From: Jimgerdemannia flammicorona
Taxonomy: Eukaryota
Assembly (NCBI GenBank): GCA_003990765.1
Contig: RBNJ01000324.1
Span: 1 to 33,063, forward strand
Length of the DNA stretch: 33,063 bases
Reading direction: 5' to 3'
This document shows, piece after piece, positions 1-11,039 of the stretch. The notes beneath the pieces are model-generated. The model was not told the origin of the DNA. It saw nothing but the letters and a program-made list of their open reading frames with translations, and did no database searches. The stretch's first letter is position 1, and each line of letters begins with the position of its first letter. The position numbers and the translations under genes were made by a program.

Positions 1-164
1 AACGAACAAACAAAAAGGCAGATGATGTGGATTCTTCCTGAATCGGCGGATTTCTTGAATAACTCGGATGGCGGTGGATCACTCAAAAATGGCGGACTTC
101 TCTGGCTGACAAAGTTACGTCAAAGACTGCTTCATTTGCACAAGGTTACATTGAGGGACTGGCT

Positions 165-200
165 GCACATCCGCGGGACATGGGTGCGTTAAGAAAAAAG

Positions 201-232
<32 letters not shown>
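165..232 (+). mobile_element. Very short 5'-truncated non-LTR retroposon insertion (26-nt body plus A-rich tail)
   Basis: GCACATCCGCGGGACATGGGTGCGTT followed by a 42-nt A-rich tail (191-232). Flanked by the perfect 12-bp direct repeat GAGGGACTGGCT (153-164, 233-244), the signature of target-primed reverse transcription. Confidence 0.8.
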
Positions 233-236
<4 letters not shown>

Positions 237-470
237 GACTGGCTTCACTGCGAAGGTGCATCTTATTCTAGACTGATTTTGTAAGGCGGACTTAATGGCG
301 GCTTTTCCTTAAGCAGCGGGTTTCTCTTCAAATGGTGGCGAGAAATCCATTCACCGAGACCGTCATACGAAATCGCTGCTACACCCAAGGACCATCCCAA
401 TAAGGAAATTGACTGCTTGATATCCAGATTTGTCTATTATACCACTAAACACCAACATCAGGAATTGTAG

Positions 471-771
471 AACATTTTGTTGCTTTTTGACAAAGTAACT
501 GGGAGCTCAAGCCAATCTACATAGTAGCCCCAATCTTGTAATTTGCCTCCATTGAGCAGGCATATTATATTTAGAGACTCAACTGAGAAGATTTTCTTTA
601 AAATCTATATGACTTTTCAGCTCACAAGAACCCAATAGCCAAACTAGATATATTTGATATAATACCAATCTCTGCTATTATAAGAGAACAAGTCATTACC
701 AGCATTTGAATAGAAAGAGAAGTAATTACCTCAAGACTTGCTAATTACTCAGTATTAGAAAGATCTCAATT
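471..771 (+). repeat. Inverted diverged copy of the element B 5' internal region (9016-9306)
   Basis: The reverse complement of 471-771 aligns to 9016-9306 (e.g. GCTACTATGTAGATTGGCTTGAGCTCCCAGTTACTTTGTCAAAAAGC vs GCTATTATGTAGATTGGCTTAAGCTCTTAGTTACTTTGTCAAAAAGT). Differences are mostly transitions. Confidence 0.85.
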
Positions 772-1148
772 TTCTTTATATTCTTTATCTTCTTTCTGGA
801 TAGTTCTTCTGCCTACTCTTCTAGATAGCCTTCTTACTGATCTCTTTCTTTTCTTAGCAAGGTAGACTGTCTTCTTGAAGATGATCTTGATTAGGTATAG
901 ATCTAGATCACTATAGTCTTTACTATTACTTCTCTTAAAATCTTCTATAGGATAGACTTCAGTCTTCTTATACTGGATTGCATTCTTCTGATTTGATAAT
1001 TCTGAGTCCCTTCAGTCACTTCTTCTGTTATCACATTCTGTAGTATAGTGTCCAAACTGTCTATAGTAGAAGTATTGAACCTAAGCTCTATCTCAGAGTA
1101 GATACTTTCTTCTTCTTATAACTAGTAGCTCCTATTATTTCTAAATAG
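772..1148 (-). mobile_element. gag: LTR element B, 3' part of gag with a decayed CCHC zinc knuckle; truncated before protease
   Basis: The minus strand at ~1027-1080 reads VQYFYYRQFGHYTTECDN, which restores to VQCFYCGQFGHYATECDN by G>A reversal. A low-complexity basic region follows. Confidence 0.7.
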
Positions 1149-1595
1149 TATGACATAGCAGATGCTTAATCTTGGAAGTATGTCAGATTTCTGTATCTTG
1201 AAAACTTGATCTTCTTTGACTCTGCAGAGTCCTCAGAATATAGGGGTAGATAAGTTCAAAGTATATCTACCCACAGACTTACTAGTTTCTTTGCTTTCTC
1301 TCTACTTTAAACTATTTCAATCTGAGGTTTATTTACTCTAAGATACTGGGTTATTTATACAAGTTTATTAGCTATGAGATGGGTGATTAAGTTATAAGTT
1401 ATTTCAAAAGTATTGAAATATTTCAATATTATCAAAATGCTATATTATATTAGATATTTGATTTCAAATCTTTCAAAATGTTTAGAAATTGTTGAAATTG
1501 GGGACTACTAACTATAAGGCTATACTAGTTTGGGACTGGTGGTGATCAAGTGTCTATTCCCTATTTTTTTCTTTTAAATTTAGTTCTATTATATA
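1149..1595 (-). repeat. 3' LTR of element A
   Basis: Aligns with 7388-7835. Contains minus-strand AATAAA (plus TTTATT ~1328) and a TATA-like tract (~1352). Confidence 0.92.
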
Positions 1596-1606
1596 ACTTC
1601 CTCCTA
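1596..1606 (-). promoter_or_regulatory. Polypurine tract of element A
   Basis: Minus-strand AGGAGGAAG immediately before the 3' LTR. Confidence 0.75.
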
Positions 1607-1619
1607 AATAGATGGTCTT

Positions 1620-2075
1620 ATCTCTGAAACATCTATTTAAATTCCCAGACCTCAATTGTCTGTATAGTCTTGTACTGTATGATCTATTATATCACTATCT
1701 CCCAATAGTATCATCTTACTAGCTTGAAATCAGTAAGAGTTATTCCCCATAGGTGGGCTAGTACTAGTTCATCATCTCAGAATAACTTATAAATTCTTTT
1801 AGTGATAGTAATTTATAAATAAGAGAGCTGATACTCTATGATCCAATTATCTTTAGTCATTTCTAGATTCTTGTTGAGTATCTATCTAAGTTTGAAGTAT
1901 ACTTGGAACTCTGTTCAATAGTAGTAGGTCTTAAGTGTGAAATTTAAGAGAGATGGATCTGTATGATACTTTGGATACTATTATAAGATTCTTCTATAGT
2001 TGGGGGTTCTGTGGTATTCCATAGTCTCTCAATGGCTCTTTGAGCTGTACTAGTGATCTTGAGTACTGTTGTCAT
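1620..2075 (-). pseudogene. Extra ORF 3' of integrase in element A (unknown function)
   Basis: ATG at 2075 gives MTTVLKITSTAQRAIERLW..., then a frameshift, then EFQVYFKLR*IL...KRIYKLF*DDELVLAHLWGITLTDF. The core aligns to 30900-31088 of element C. Confidence 0.7.
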
Positions 2076-2119
2076 ACTTTAGTTATTAGCTATAGTACTT
2101 GAGTTAGTTTTAGTAAATG

Positions 2120-3150
2120 GTAGTAGGAATGATTGTGTCTGAGAGTTTTTGTAGCCAAAAGGTGGTCTCTTTTATATCTTGCACAAGATAAGATCCTTTC
2201 TACTTAGGCTTTAGTTTTCATGATCATAAAGCTTCTACTATATTCTGATATATCAGGATCTTGTCTCCTATTTTGATAATCTCTAAGAGCTTGTAAATCT
2301 TTTCTGCATTATTCCACTATAGTGTCTGTATCTTGGTTATGTAATTCTTGATCTTCTTTCTGATTTGGTATAGTCTCCATATTTCTCCATCTATATATTT
2401 CTATATAGTATTCCTATTAGACAATAGGGTTTCTTAAGAACTTTCTTTTCCAAAGAGTATTTCCTGAGAGATGAAATAGATGCTTTATAATTAAATATCC
2501 TAGAGAGCAGATAATACTATTGACAGATAGTGATCTCAGTTTTTATAGTTATTGTAGATCTTAACAATAATATTCTTGAGGGTCTTATTAGTCCTTTCTA
2601 TCTATCCATTTTCTTGAGGATGGTATGCTGTAGTCTGAATATGCTGGATCTTGTATTTCTTATAGAGAATCTCAAAGAACTGATTCACAAATTCTATTTC
2701 TCTATCTGTGGTTACTTGTATTAGAGTTTTGAATTGATAGATAATTTCTTTATAAAAGAAATTAGTAATTGACTATATATTGACTTCCTTGAGGGGTTCT
2801 GCCTCTATCTATTTTGTGAAAAGGTCTATAATGATAATGATGTATCAGTTACCAGTCAAAGTTAAGAGTAGAGGACCAATCACATCTATTGCAATATGGG
2901 TAAATAGTACTGATTCTATATATACTGACCCTGGGGCTTAATTTCATTGATCTTATTTCTATTTCTGGTATTTATCACAGGTCTTAACAAATCATCTGAT
3001 ATCTTTCTCTATTTCTGATCACTATATTGTTCTTTTTACTCTATCATATATATTTGTTTCTCTTAGATGGTCAAGTTTGTGTACTGATTTTATTGCTTAC
3101 TTCTTCTTATATTTTGATATAACTAGTAGCTTTCCTTTTTTTAATATTTC
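2120..3150 (-). pseudogene. Integrase of element A (zinc-binding remnant, core, GPY-like C-terminus; no chromodomain seen)
   Basis: IAIDVIGPL at ~2870-2900, TCDK zinc-domain remnant at ~2970-2985, IKIGDKIL, and KGSYLVQ (GPY-like) at ~2180-2200. Confidence 0.85.
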
Positions 3151-3329
3151 TCTATCAGTTTTGAATTGTTTATATATTCTATTAATAATCATTTATATCT
3201 ATTCTTCCAGATATTGGAGTATCTTTTACTGTCTCAGATAGGTGATAATTCTATAGTAAAGCTCTTTATTTATAATTGATTTGCTAGTTGAGGGTCCTTC
3301 AGAGTGTCTGTGAGAGAGTATCTGCATTG

Positions 3330-3680
3330 GTATTAGTTCTTCCTAAGTAGTACATGATGATTACATTATATACTTGTAACTTCATGATCTATCTAGTATA
3401 GATTCCTTTGGATTGCTCTGTGATTAGTAGCTAAGTAAGAGCTGAGTAGTCTGTCTGAATGGTGAAGTATCTTTTAGCAAGATAGTAGTGGAACTTCTCT
3501 ATAGTCCAGATGACTGCAAGATATTCCAACTTGTAGAATTTATATTCTTTTTTGGCTTCTTGAGTTCCTCAGTTGAGATATATAATGATATACTCTACTT
3601 TGTCTTTCTTTGAGCTAGGACTACTCCTAGTCTCTATATACTTATATCTGTCTACAGGATGAACTCTTGAGTCTAATTAG
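3330..3680 (-). pseudogene. RNase H of element A
   Basis: EFIL*TDISI*RLGVVLAQ (restored FILQTDAS..GLGAVLAQ), followed by remnants of the E and TDH motifs. Confidence 0.85.
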
Positions 3681-3899
3681 GTCTTCTGAGGATGGGTGTC
3701 TGAATCAGTCTAATCTTAAGCTCATCAAATGCTTTTTGTTACCTACTAGTCTATTGGAACTTGGTATCCTTCTTATTAAATTCATAGATTGGGTCTACAA
3801 TATTAGAGAATCCTCTGATAAATTAGTGATAGTATATATAAGATAAGTTCCATGAAGGCTTGGACTTCAGTACTAGTAGTGGGTCTTGAATATGCTACT

Positions 3900-4620
3900 A
3901 CTACTTGAATTTTGAAAAGGTCCATATATGTTCTATCTCAATTGATAATATGGCCAAGATAGGAGATCTCAATTTCTATATATATTTATACTTCTTGAGC
4001 TTGATGTAAAGACCATGCTGTCTTAGCTTCTCTATCATCTGCTGAATATACTGCAGATATTCCTCAGGTGTCTTACTGTAGATAATTACATTATCTATAT
4101 AAACCATCATCTATCTTCCTATATCATAGTAGAAGATTTTATTCATTATTTATTGGAAACTTACTGATGTATTATATATTTCAAATAGTATTCACAAGTA
4201 GACATAGGTTCTATCTGGAGTGATGAAGGCTGATTTCTCACTTACTATTTCTATAAGTCTAATTTGGTAGAATCCTGAGTATAGATCAAAGGTGCTATAG
4301 TACTGTGCTTCATCTCTCAGAGTTATAAAGATGTTATTGATGAGGGGCAGTGATTGGTAATTCTTCTTAGTAACTATATTGAGCTTTTTATAATCAATAC
4401 AGAGTCTTGGGATGAATTCTCCAGGCTTGCTTTCTTTCTTTGAGGCTAGTACAACTAGTGAAGACCAAGGGCTGCTGGCTTCCTTGATAATACCAGCTTC
4501 TTCCATTTACTTGATTTTTTCTCTGAGCCATTCTTAGTAGACTGGTAGGACAGGTCTTGTCTTCTGATAAATTGGTTTGGTATCTCCAGTATCTATATTA
4601 TAATAGTAGTATAGAGTCTT
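3900..4620 (-). pseudogene. Reverse transcriptase of element A
   Basis: ORF 4192-4506 has SSPWSS, RLCIDYKKLN and DLYSGFYQI. The catalytic YIDD is mutated to YIDN at 4090-4101. Confidence 0.93.
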
Positions 4621-4792
4621 TTCTTTGATATTCTTGAAGTTTATAATGAGGACATTCTCAAATTTGTGGAGTATTTTCTTAAGCTCTGTCTTGTGTGGGA
4701 ATTCATTTCCAATAATATAGTTGTGCTTATTTATAGTTTTCTCCTTTTTGTGCTCTAGCTTAGTGATCTTAGTACTAACAAATACTTCTCTT

Positions 4793-5210
4793 TCTATAGA
4801 TCTGAATCCTTTTTTTCCTCTTTCTGTTTCTCCAACTTCTTAACTTCCATGATCCTTGGCTGAAGAACTGGAAAGATCAACATCTGTATCAGTCAGTTCT
4901 TCTTCTTGATTGGAAATAGAATCATAAGATTGTAGTTTCTAGCAATAAGTAGAATTTCTCTAATATAATCTAAATTGATGACTTCTCTTTCAATTGTGAT
5001 TTCACTCCTAGCCAGACTACTTCTTGTCTTGAGAATCCTAACATGGTTCTTTGGAATGATCATCTCTAGACCAGTTGCAAGTAGGGTGGTTGTCTGAGAT
5101 TCAAGTACAGTTTCCTCTACTATGGCAATATCCATTCCAGCTGTGTTTTCTGACTTATATTTTGGTAAGACTGCATTATAATGAATCTTCTGAATTTTGA
5201 TCTTGATTTT
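4793..5210 (-). pseudogene. dut: dUTPase domain of element A, between protease and RT
   Basis: Motif 1 AGMD, motif 2 RSS, motif 3 EVINLDYIREI (restored GVIDPDYTGEI), motif 5 TERGKKGFRS (restored GFGS). Includes ORF 4893-5135. Confidence 0.9.
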
Positions 5211-5342
5211 TTCTTCATCATCACTATTTTTGAGGAGAGCTAGTAGTTTGTCATCCTCTTCTTTTATTTTCTTTTTTTCTCTTGTCTGTTTCTCAAGGGC
5301 CTTCTCTCTTCTTTAGTAGTAGATCTCCTTGATTTTACCAGT

Positions 5343-5441
5343 ATATTGATAATACTTATTGACATACTCTATACAGTATATTTGGATTCTATAGAGACAG
5401 ACTTCTTATAGTATATATTCTTTCATAATTTTCTTATACCA
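5343..5441 (-). other. 33-aa Cys/His-rich module in element A pol, between protease and dUTPase
   Basis: WYKKIMKEYIL*EVCLYRIQIYCIEYVNKYYQY; ungapped match to 26381-26479. Confidence 0.8.
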
Positions 5442-5559
5442 GTCTTCTTTACTTATCCATCTGATTTTCTTCTTCTTTTTCTAAGTTGTCACCATATAGA
5501 CTTCCTTTTGTTTACTCTCTTCTTCCTCTATCTTGGACAGAACTCTTTTTTTGATATTG

Positions 5560-5930
5560 ATGGGAATTTGTATCTTCTGTCTATAGTAGATGATCTATAT
5601 CTTCTAAGCATTCAGATCAATTACTGTCTTGGCTTTATGAAGCCACTGGTTGCTGATAAGAATGTTATAGTTGGTTGCATTGGTTATGATTACATTTACT
5701 AGAATAGTTGTTCCTCCAAACTTGATGGAAATATCTCAGATCTTTTTCAGAGATATGGCTCTTATACAGTCTGCTATAATGAATACCAATTTGGTTACTT
5801 CTTCAACTTCCCAACCTAGACAGTCTGCTACTTTCTTACTAAGGAGACATTCTTCTGCTCTTGTATCAATGATAGCCTCAAAGACTCTATTCTCAATTTG
5901 ACAGGTTGTATAGGCAGAGGTCTTATGGTT
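5560..5930 (-). pseudogene. Aspartic protease of element A
   Basis: VFEAIIDTRAEEC; catalytic DTG is changed to DTR (GGA>AGA) at 5859-5867. Confidence 0.85.
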
Positions 5931-5949
5931 GTCTTTGCTCTTCTCTCCT

Positions 5950-7330
5950 AAGTTCTCTTGAACATTGTTGGCCTCAGTTATCTTCCATTCTTACTCCTTG
6001 GTTATTTCAGCAAGTCTATATCTTATTTGCTATCTAAATGTGAGTATTTCTGCTAGTTGGCCAAAGATTACATTGATCTTTTATTGACTGAGGTTCTTGA
6101 AGATATTATACTTAAAGGTCTTAGTTTTGTAAAGCTTTTTCTCTTTCTCTCCTTTACTGGCTAGAGTGGTTCTTCAGATAATATCTTGAATAGCTTACTC
6201 TAGCTCTATATCTTGATCTGTTTCTTTACCTTGACTTTCTATAGCAGTCTCCATATACTTTTCTACAGAGTTCTTCTTAGTTCTCCCTAGTGATCTCTTA
6301 TAGGATTGTTTACAGACATCTTTCTTGATAGTCTTAACAGAGTAGACTTTTCATTTCTCTTTATCTGACTCTCCAATCTTCTCAAAGGTAATGATATTAG
6401 TCTATTCCTTATTTTGAGTAATATTATTTAGCTGTACCTTGTGCTTGATTTCACTCATACATATATTTATATGAGTAGTAGCCCTCTTCTCCACAAGTAT
6501 AGTAGATATCTCTCTTCTTGTCTAAGGTAGTGGTAAATTTCTGAACTAGGCAGTAGTCTCTTCCTTTAATTTTCTTTATCACATCTCCTAGTTAAGCTAT
6601 TATTTTAGTGAACTTCTTGACAAGTTCCTCCATGGGGTCACTATTTTTCTGTTATTCAGTAGCTCTTAGTTGAGGTGTGTTTTAATTAATCACTAATAGA
6701 GATCATACCAGTTGTCTTGAGTACTTTGATTTTAACTCTAGTAACTCTCTCCATTATATGGTCTTGTAAGTGTCTGGCTATTCAGTATTACTGAGCATAG
6801 GTAACCTTCTGTATTAGATCTAGGACTATTGATAATGAGTAGATAGCCAGGGCTATCTCTAGATAGATTTCTTTTATGAAGATTACTTTGGCTACTTAAT
6901 CTCTAATAGTAGTAGTATAATCTGTGAGGATTATCTAATATTGGATTCTGATATAGAATATATTTGGATCCTTACTCATTTCTTGATATATTGTATTGAG
7001 CTAATCCTTCAGTATCTGCTTGATCTCATCTGTATAGTATATGGCTCAGAGCCAGGTCTTTGGTACTACTAGCATAGTATCATCATTATTTTCTACATGA
7101 GTTACAGCTGTGAATATTGCTCTTACTAATCCTTAGAGACTAAAGAGTATAAGGGTTACTTGCTGCCTTGCTGTTAGACCCCTTATAGTAGCATATTACT
7201 TAAAATTATTAATAAAGGTAATAATTGACTCATCTGAAGTATAGTCATAAAATACTGATGGTCTCATATACATCTTATCTGGATATCTTAGTTTAATTTG
7301 TATGGTTGTTTGAGTGGTAACAGTTGTTCA
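5950..7330 (-). pseudogene. gag: gag of element A with decayed CCHC zinc knuckle
   Basis: N-terminal RPSVFYDYTSDESIITFINNF gag-like motif. IYYTCGEEGYYSYKY at ~6460-6510 is a knuckle carrying transition changes. Confidence 0.8.
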
Positions 7331-7368
7331 TTATTCAGCTTGAAAGTGAGAGATTCATCTTAAATTAC

Positions 7369-7384
7369 TAGCCAATAGGCACTA
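7369..7384 (-). promoter_or_regulatory. Probable primer-binding site of element A
   Basis: Three nt (ACT) after the 5' LTR, the minus strand reads TAGTGCCTATTGGC, restorable to TGG(C/T)GCC. The tRNA cannot be assigned. Confidence 0.5.
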
Positions 7385-7387
7385 AGT

Positions 7388-7835
7388 TGGAATATAGTAA
7401 ACACATAATCTTAAAAGTATATCAGATTTCTATATCTTGAAAACTTGATCTTCTTTGACTCTATAGAGTCCTCAGAATGCAGGAGTGGGTAAGTTTGAAG
7501 TATATCTACCTACAGGCTTACTAGTTTCTTTACTTTCTCTTTGTTTTGAACTATTTCAATCTGAGGTTTATTTACTCTAAGATACTAGGTTATTTATATA
7601 ATTTTGCTAGCTATGAGATGAATGACTAAGTTATGAGTTATTTTAAAAGTATTGAAACATTTTAATATTGTCAAAATGCTATATTATATTGGATCTTTGA
7701 TTTTGAATTTTTCAAAATATTTAGAAATTATTGAAATCAGGAACTGCTAACTATAAGGCTATGCTAGTTTAGAACTAGTAGTAATTAAGTATCTGTTCTC
7801 TATTTTCTTCTTTCAAATTTGGTTCTACCATCACA
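7388..7835 (-). repeat. 5' LTR of element A
   Basis: Direct repeat of 1149-1595; ends TCACA and is followed by TSD ATAG. Confidence 0.92.
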
Positions 7836-7839
7836 ATAG

Positions 7840-10000
7840 ATAGTCTTGATTTCTTCATAGTATATCATCTCTGTTATCTTATAAATAGCTTTGATTTTTA
7901 CATATAGTAAGTTTTTTAATTTATTCAACCAATTGGTCTAGTTTAGAGCTGAGGTCTTGGATTTTATTCTTATCCTTCTTTTATTCTTTTATAGTCTCTT
8001 AAAGGATTCCTTAAAAGGTCTTGACTAAGAGGTCCTCCTTATCTTCTTTCTTATTATTTCAAGTGATTCCTTACTTAATATTAAAGTATCCTTAGGCTAT
8101 ATCTACTTATTCATTAGGCTTTTTAATATCAATAGTATAAATATACTGAGTAATGTTAAAAGAAATACTATTTATAAAGATTATTGTCTAATGATATCTT
8201 AATCAGTAGTACTGAATCTGACAGTATATATTCTCTTCTAAATTCTTATAAAGAATACTTACAGAGATTCTCTAAAATTCAACTTTATGTCTATAATATA
8301 TTCTTAAGCTTTATGGTGAGTTTCTATTCCTATATACTTTTTAATAAGTCAGTAGAATATATATAACTTCATACTGATCTTTATAATAGACTATAGTAGT
8401 TATGACTTATTTAAGATCAGAGTTTAGATAATTAAATACTCTAGTAAGGATTCCTTTAGCAGACTCTTTCAACTATACTTTGAAATAGTAATTTGTCTTC
8501 TAAGAGAAAGGTCTTTTAGGGCTATAATTCCTTTAAGAGTATTCAGAAATTCTCTAAGTTCTTCTTCTGAGTATTCTATAAATATAAGTAATAGTACTAT
8601 TATTTCATTATTACTGTTCTCTAATTCTTCTTTACTTTTAAGTTTATCTCACTTATTATAGATATACTAAGTCTAATTAAGTTGTTGGGAACTAAAGAGT
8701 ATATACTTAGTCTCTGAAATACTGAGATTCTTCTTGATATTCTTGAAGATACTAGGCTGGGAGGATCTACTGATCTAAATAATAGTAAGATTGGTAGTAC
8801 TTCTACAGAAAACTGAAATCTGACAATATGATTTTCAATTTCTTATATAAGCTTATTAAAATTTCTAATAGGGCTTTCTATATTATCTAATTGATCTGAT
8901 GAGATCAGATCTCTTAATAGTAAGTTTGTTAATACTTTTAGAGTATTTACAAGCTATACTTTTGATACTGGTTAAGAATTCTATATTAGTTGAGAATTGT
9001 ACTATACTGACCTCTAATTGAGATTCTTTCAATACTAGATAGTTGGAAAGTTTTGAGATAATTATTTCTCTTCTCTGTTGATAATTTATTCTCCTATAGT
9101 AGTAGAGATTAATGATAAATCAAATATATTCAGTTTGACTATTGAGTTCTTATAAGCTAAAAAGTTATATAAATTCTAAAGAAAATCTTTTCAGTTGAGC
9201 TTCCAAATGTAATATATTAGCTCAATAGAGATAAATTATATGATTAAAGCTATTATGTAGATTGGCTTAAGCTCTTAGTTACTTTGTCAAAAAGTAATAA
9301 AATATTTAGTTATTTTCTAAAAGTATGAGTTCTCAGATTTATATAATATGAATAATTTTGATAATTTTTTTATTAAATAAGTTTGATATAGTAAAGTAGA
9401 TTTAGCAGATTTTTCTTTAATAATATAAATTCTATATCTGATAGATTTCTCTAGATATATATCATAGTTAAGTTTTTTACTTAAACTTTGAGAAGATTAT
9501 TCAGACTTTATCTAGTAAGTATATTAAATATATATATATTAGATTTCTCTTCTAGCTTAGTCTGATAAGTATATTAAAATAAGTAAACTTCTCTTTTTTA
9601 TATTGAAAAGTAGACTAGAGTGAAAAAGAAAGCTCACAATCTCCTAAGTAGTAGCTATAGAGTGAGCATTTCTCCTAAGTATTATAATCTTTTCTGGATC
9701 AAGTGACTTTTGATAGATATATTTCTCAAAGTGTATTTAGGTAGACTTGTCTTTTACTTTAAAACTTTTCAGACTCTTCTTTATATCAGAAAGCAGATCA
9801 GAGTAAATTAGATATCAAGTTCTCTTATTTATAATATAAATTTAAACTGAGGTTTATTCACTTAAATCTCTGAGGTATTTTATATAGGTGTGATTACTAG
9901 CTAATTACTATAGCTAATTATAAAATATACAGTAATATTAATTTAAGAAGGTATGATCTACTAATTATAAGTAGAAATAGTATTTATAGATAGAAATATA
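7840..10000 (-). mobile_element. LTR element B, 5' part (gag N-terminus, leader and probable LTR); heavily mutated
   Basis: Joined to 772-1148 by the TSD of A. The minus strand at ~8520-8580 reads EYSEEELREFLNTLKG (gag-like). An LTR-like block CTGAGGTTTATT...TATTTTATA at ~9847-9885 resembles the poly(A)/TATA block of the A LTR. The right boundary is uncertain. Confidence 0.6.
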
Positions 10001-10389
10001 TATATTTATAAGTATATATAGATTTTATTCTATTTTAATATATATATCAGTTATTTATAGTGAGTAACTATAATAAATAACTATACTAGATATTTGGTTT
10101 ATATATTATCTAGCTATACTATAGTATGTATTAGCTTATTATACTATATAAGAGTAAACTCTTTAAATATGGTATTTTCAAAAATCTCAATTAATAAAAA
10201 GTCAATATAATTTTTAGATAGTTGATAAAAATTCCCATCTTCAGATAATAAATAAAACTTAGTCTAGCTGAGACTATCAAAGACTAAGCCTAAAAGATAG
10301 TAAAAGTTAACAAATTCAAGAAAATTCTAATAAAGAGAGTAAAGATAATTATAAGATCTCTATTTATATTATGTATTTATCAAATTAAA

Positions 10390-10973
10390 AATAGGGGTTT
10401 TAAAGTCATCATTAATACAAGAGTGAGACAATGTCTTCTTAAAAAAAAAAAGCAGTAGACTATCTAGGTTAAAAAATTAAAAAAGCTATAAAACTAATAC
10501 TTATTACAATAGATAGTACTAGAGTTATACTTTTAGAAAAGATTTAAAATATTTTCATTAAGTTTGAATAAGTAACTATCTTAGTAAATATGATTATAAC
10601 TAATACTACTAACTATGATATTCTCATCAGTAATTGATAACTTTATAAGACTAGAGCAATAATTAATATAAATGTCTAAAAGATACAAATTGTCTATAAT
10701 AATACTTATTACTACTCTAAGCTTATCCTTAGATATATAACTCAGATATGTAATAAGATATTACTTAGAGACTTAATATACATATATATCAAGAAGCCTT
10801 TCAATTGTTCTTTTGCTTAGTTATATATATTAAGATTGAGAAAGTATAGTTTCTTTATAGTAAAATAAAGATATTATTCTTTTTTAATAACTATAGTTAT
10901 AAGAGACTTATTCTTATTATATATAGACTAAATCTCATATAATTCAGATTTAAAGAGATTTTCTTTTTAGATT
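10390..10973 (+). mobile_element. Extremely AT-rich relic, possibly a hAT-type transposase remnant
   Basis: Weak plus-strand traces in the expected order: E*DNV (DGW-like), IITNTTNY (VTDxAxN-like), YYYSKLIL (CxxHxxxLIL-like), FFNNYS. Each needs several restorations. Confidence 0.25.
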
Positions 10974-11039
10974 TATATATCAGTTCTCTTTTTTTTCTTT
11001 TTTTATAGTCACTTGGACTCTGCCTTTATTACCAGTCTA

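Larger units (their letters stand above)
1149..7835 (-). mobile_element. Full-length decayed Ty3/Gypsy LTR retrotransposon A (gag-PR-CysHis-dUTPase-RT-RH-IN-extra ORF)
   Basis: Two ~447-bp direct LTRs with TGTGA...TCACA-type ends, a 4-bp TSD ATAG (1145-1148, 7836-7839), gypsy domain order, and a PPT next to the left LTR. Confidence 0.95.

Noticed and set aside
22..283. 60-codon ORF (MMWILPESADF...) obtained by removing the 165-244 insertion
   Set aside because: It is short, has no recognisable motif and is expected by chance.
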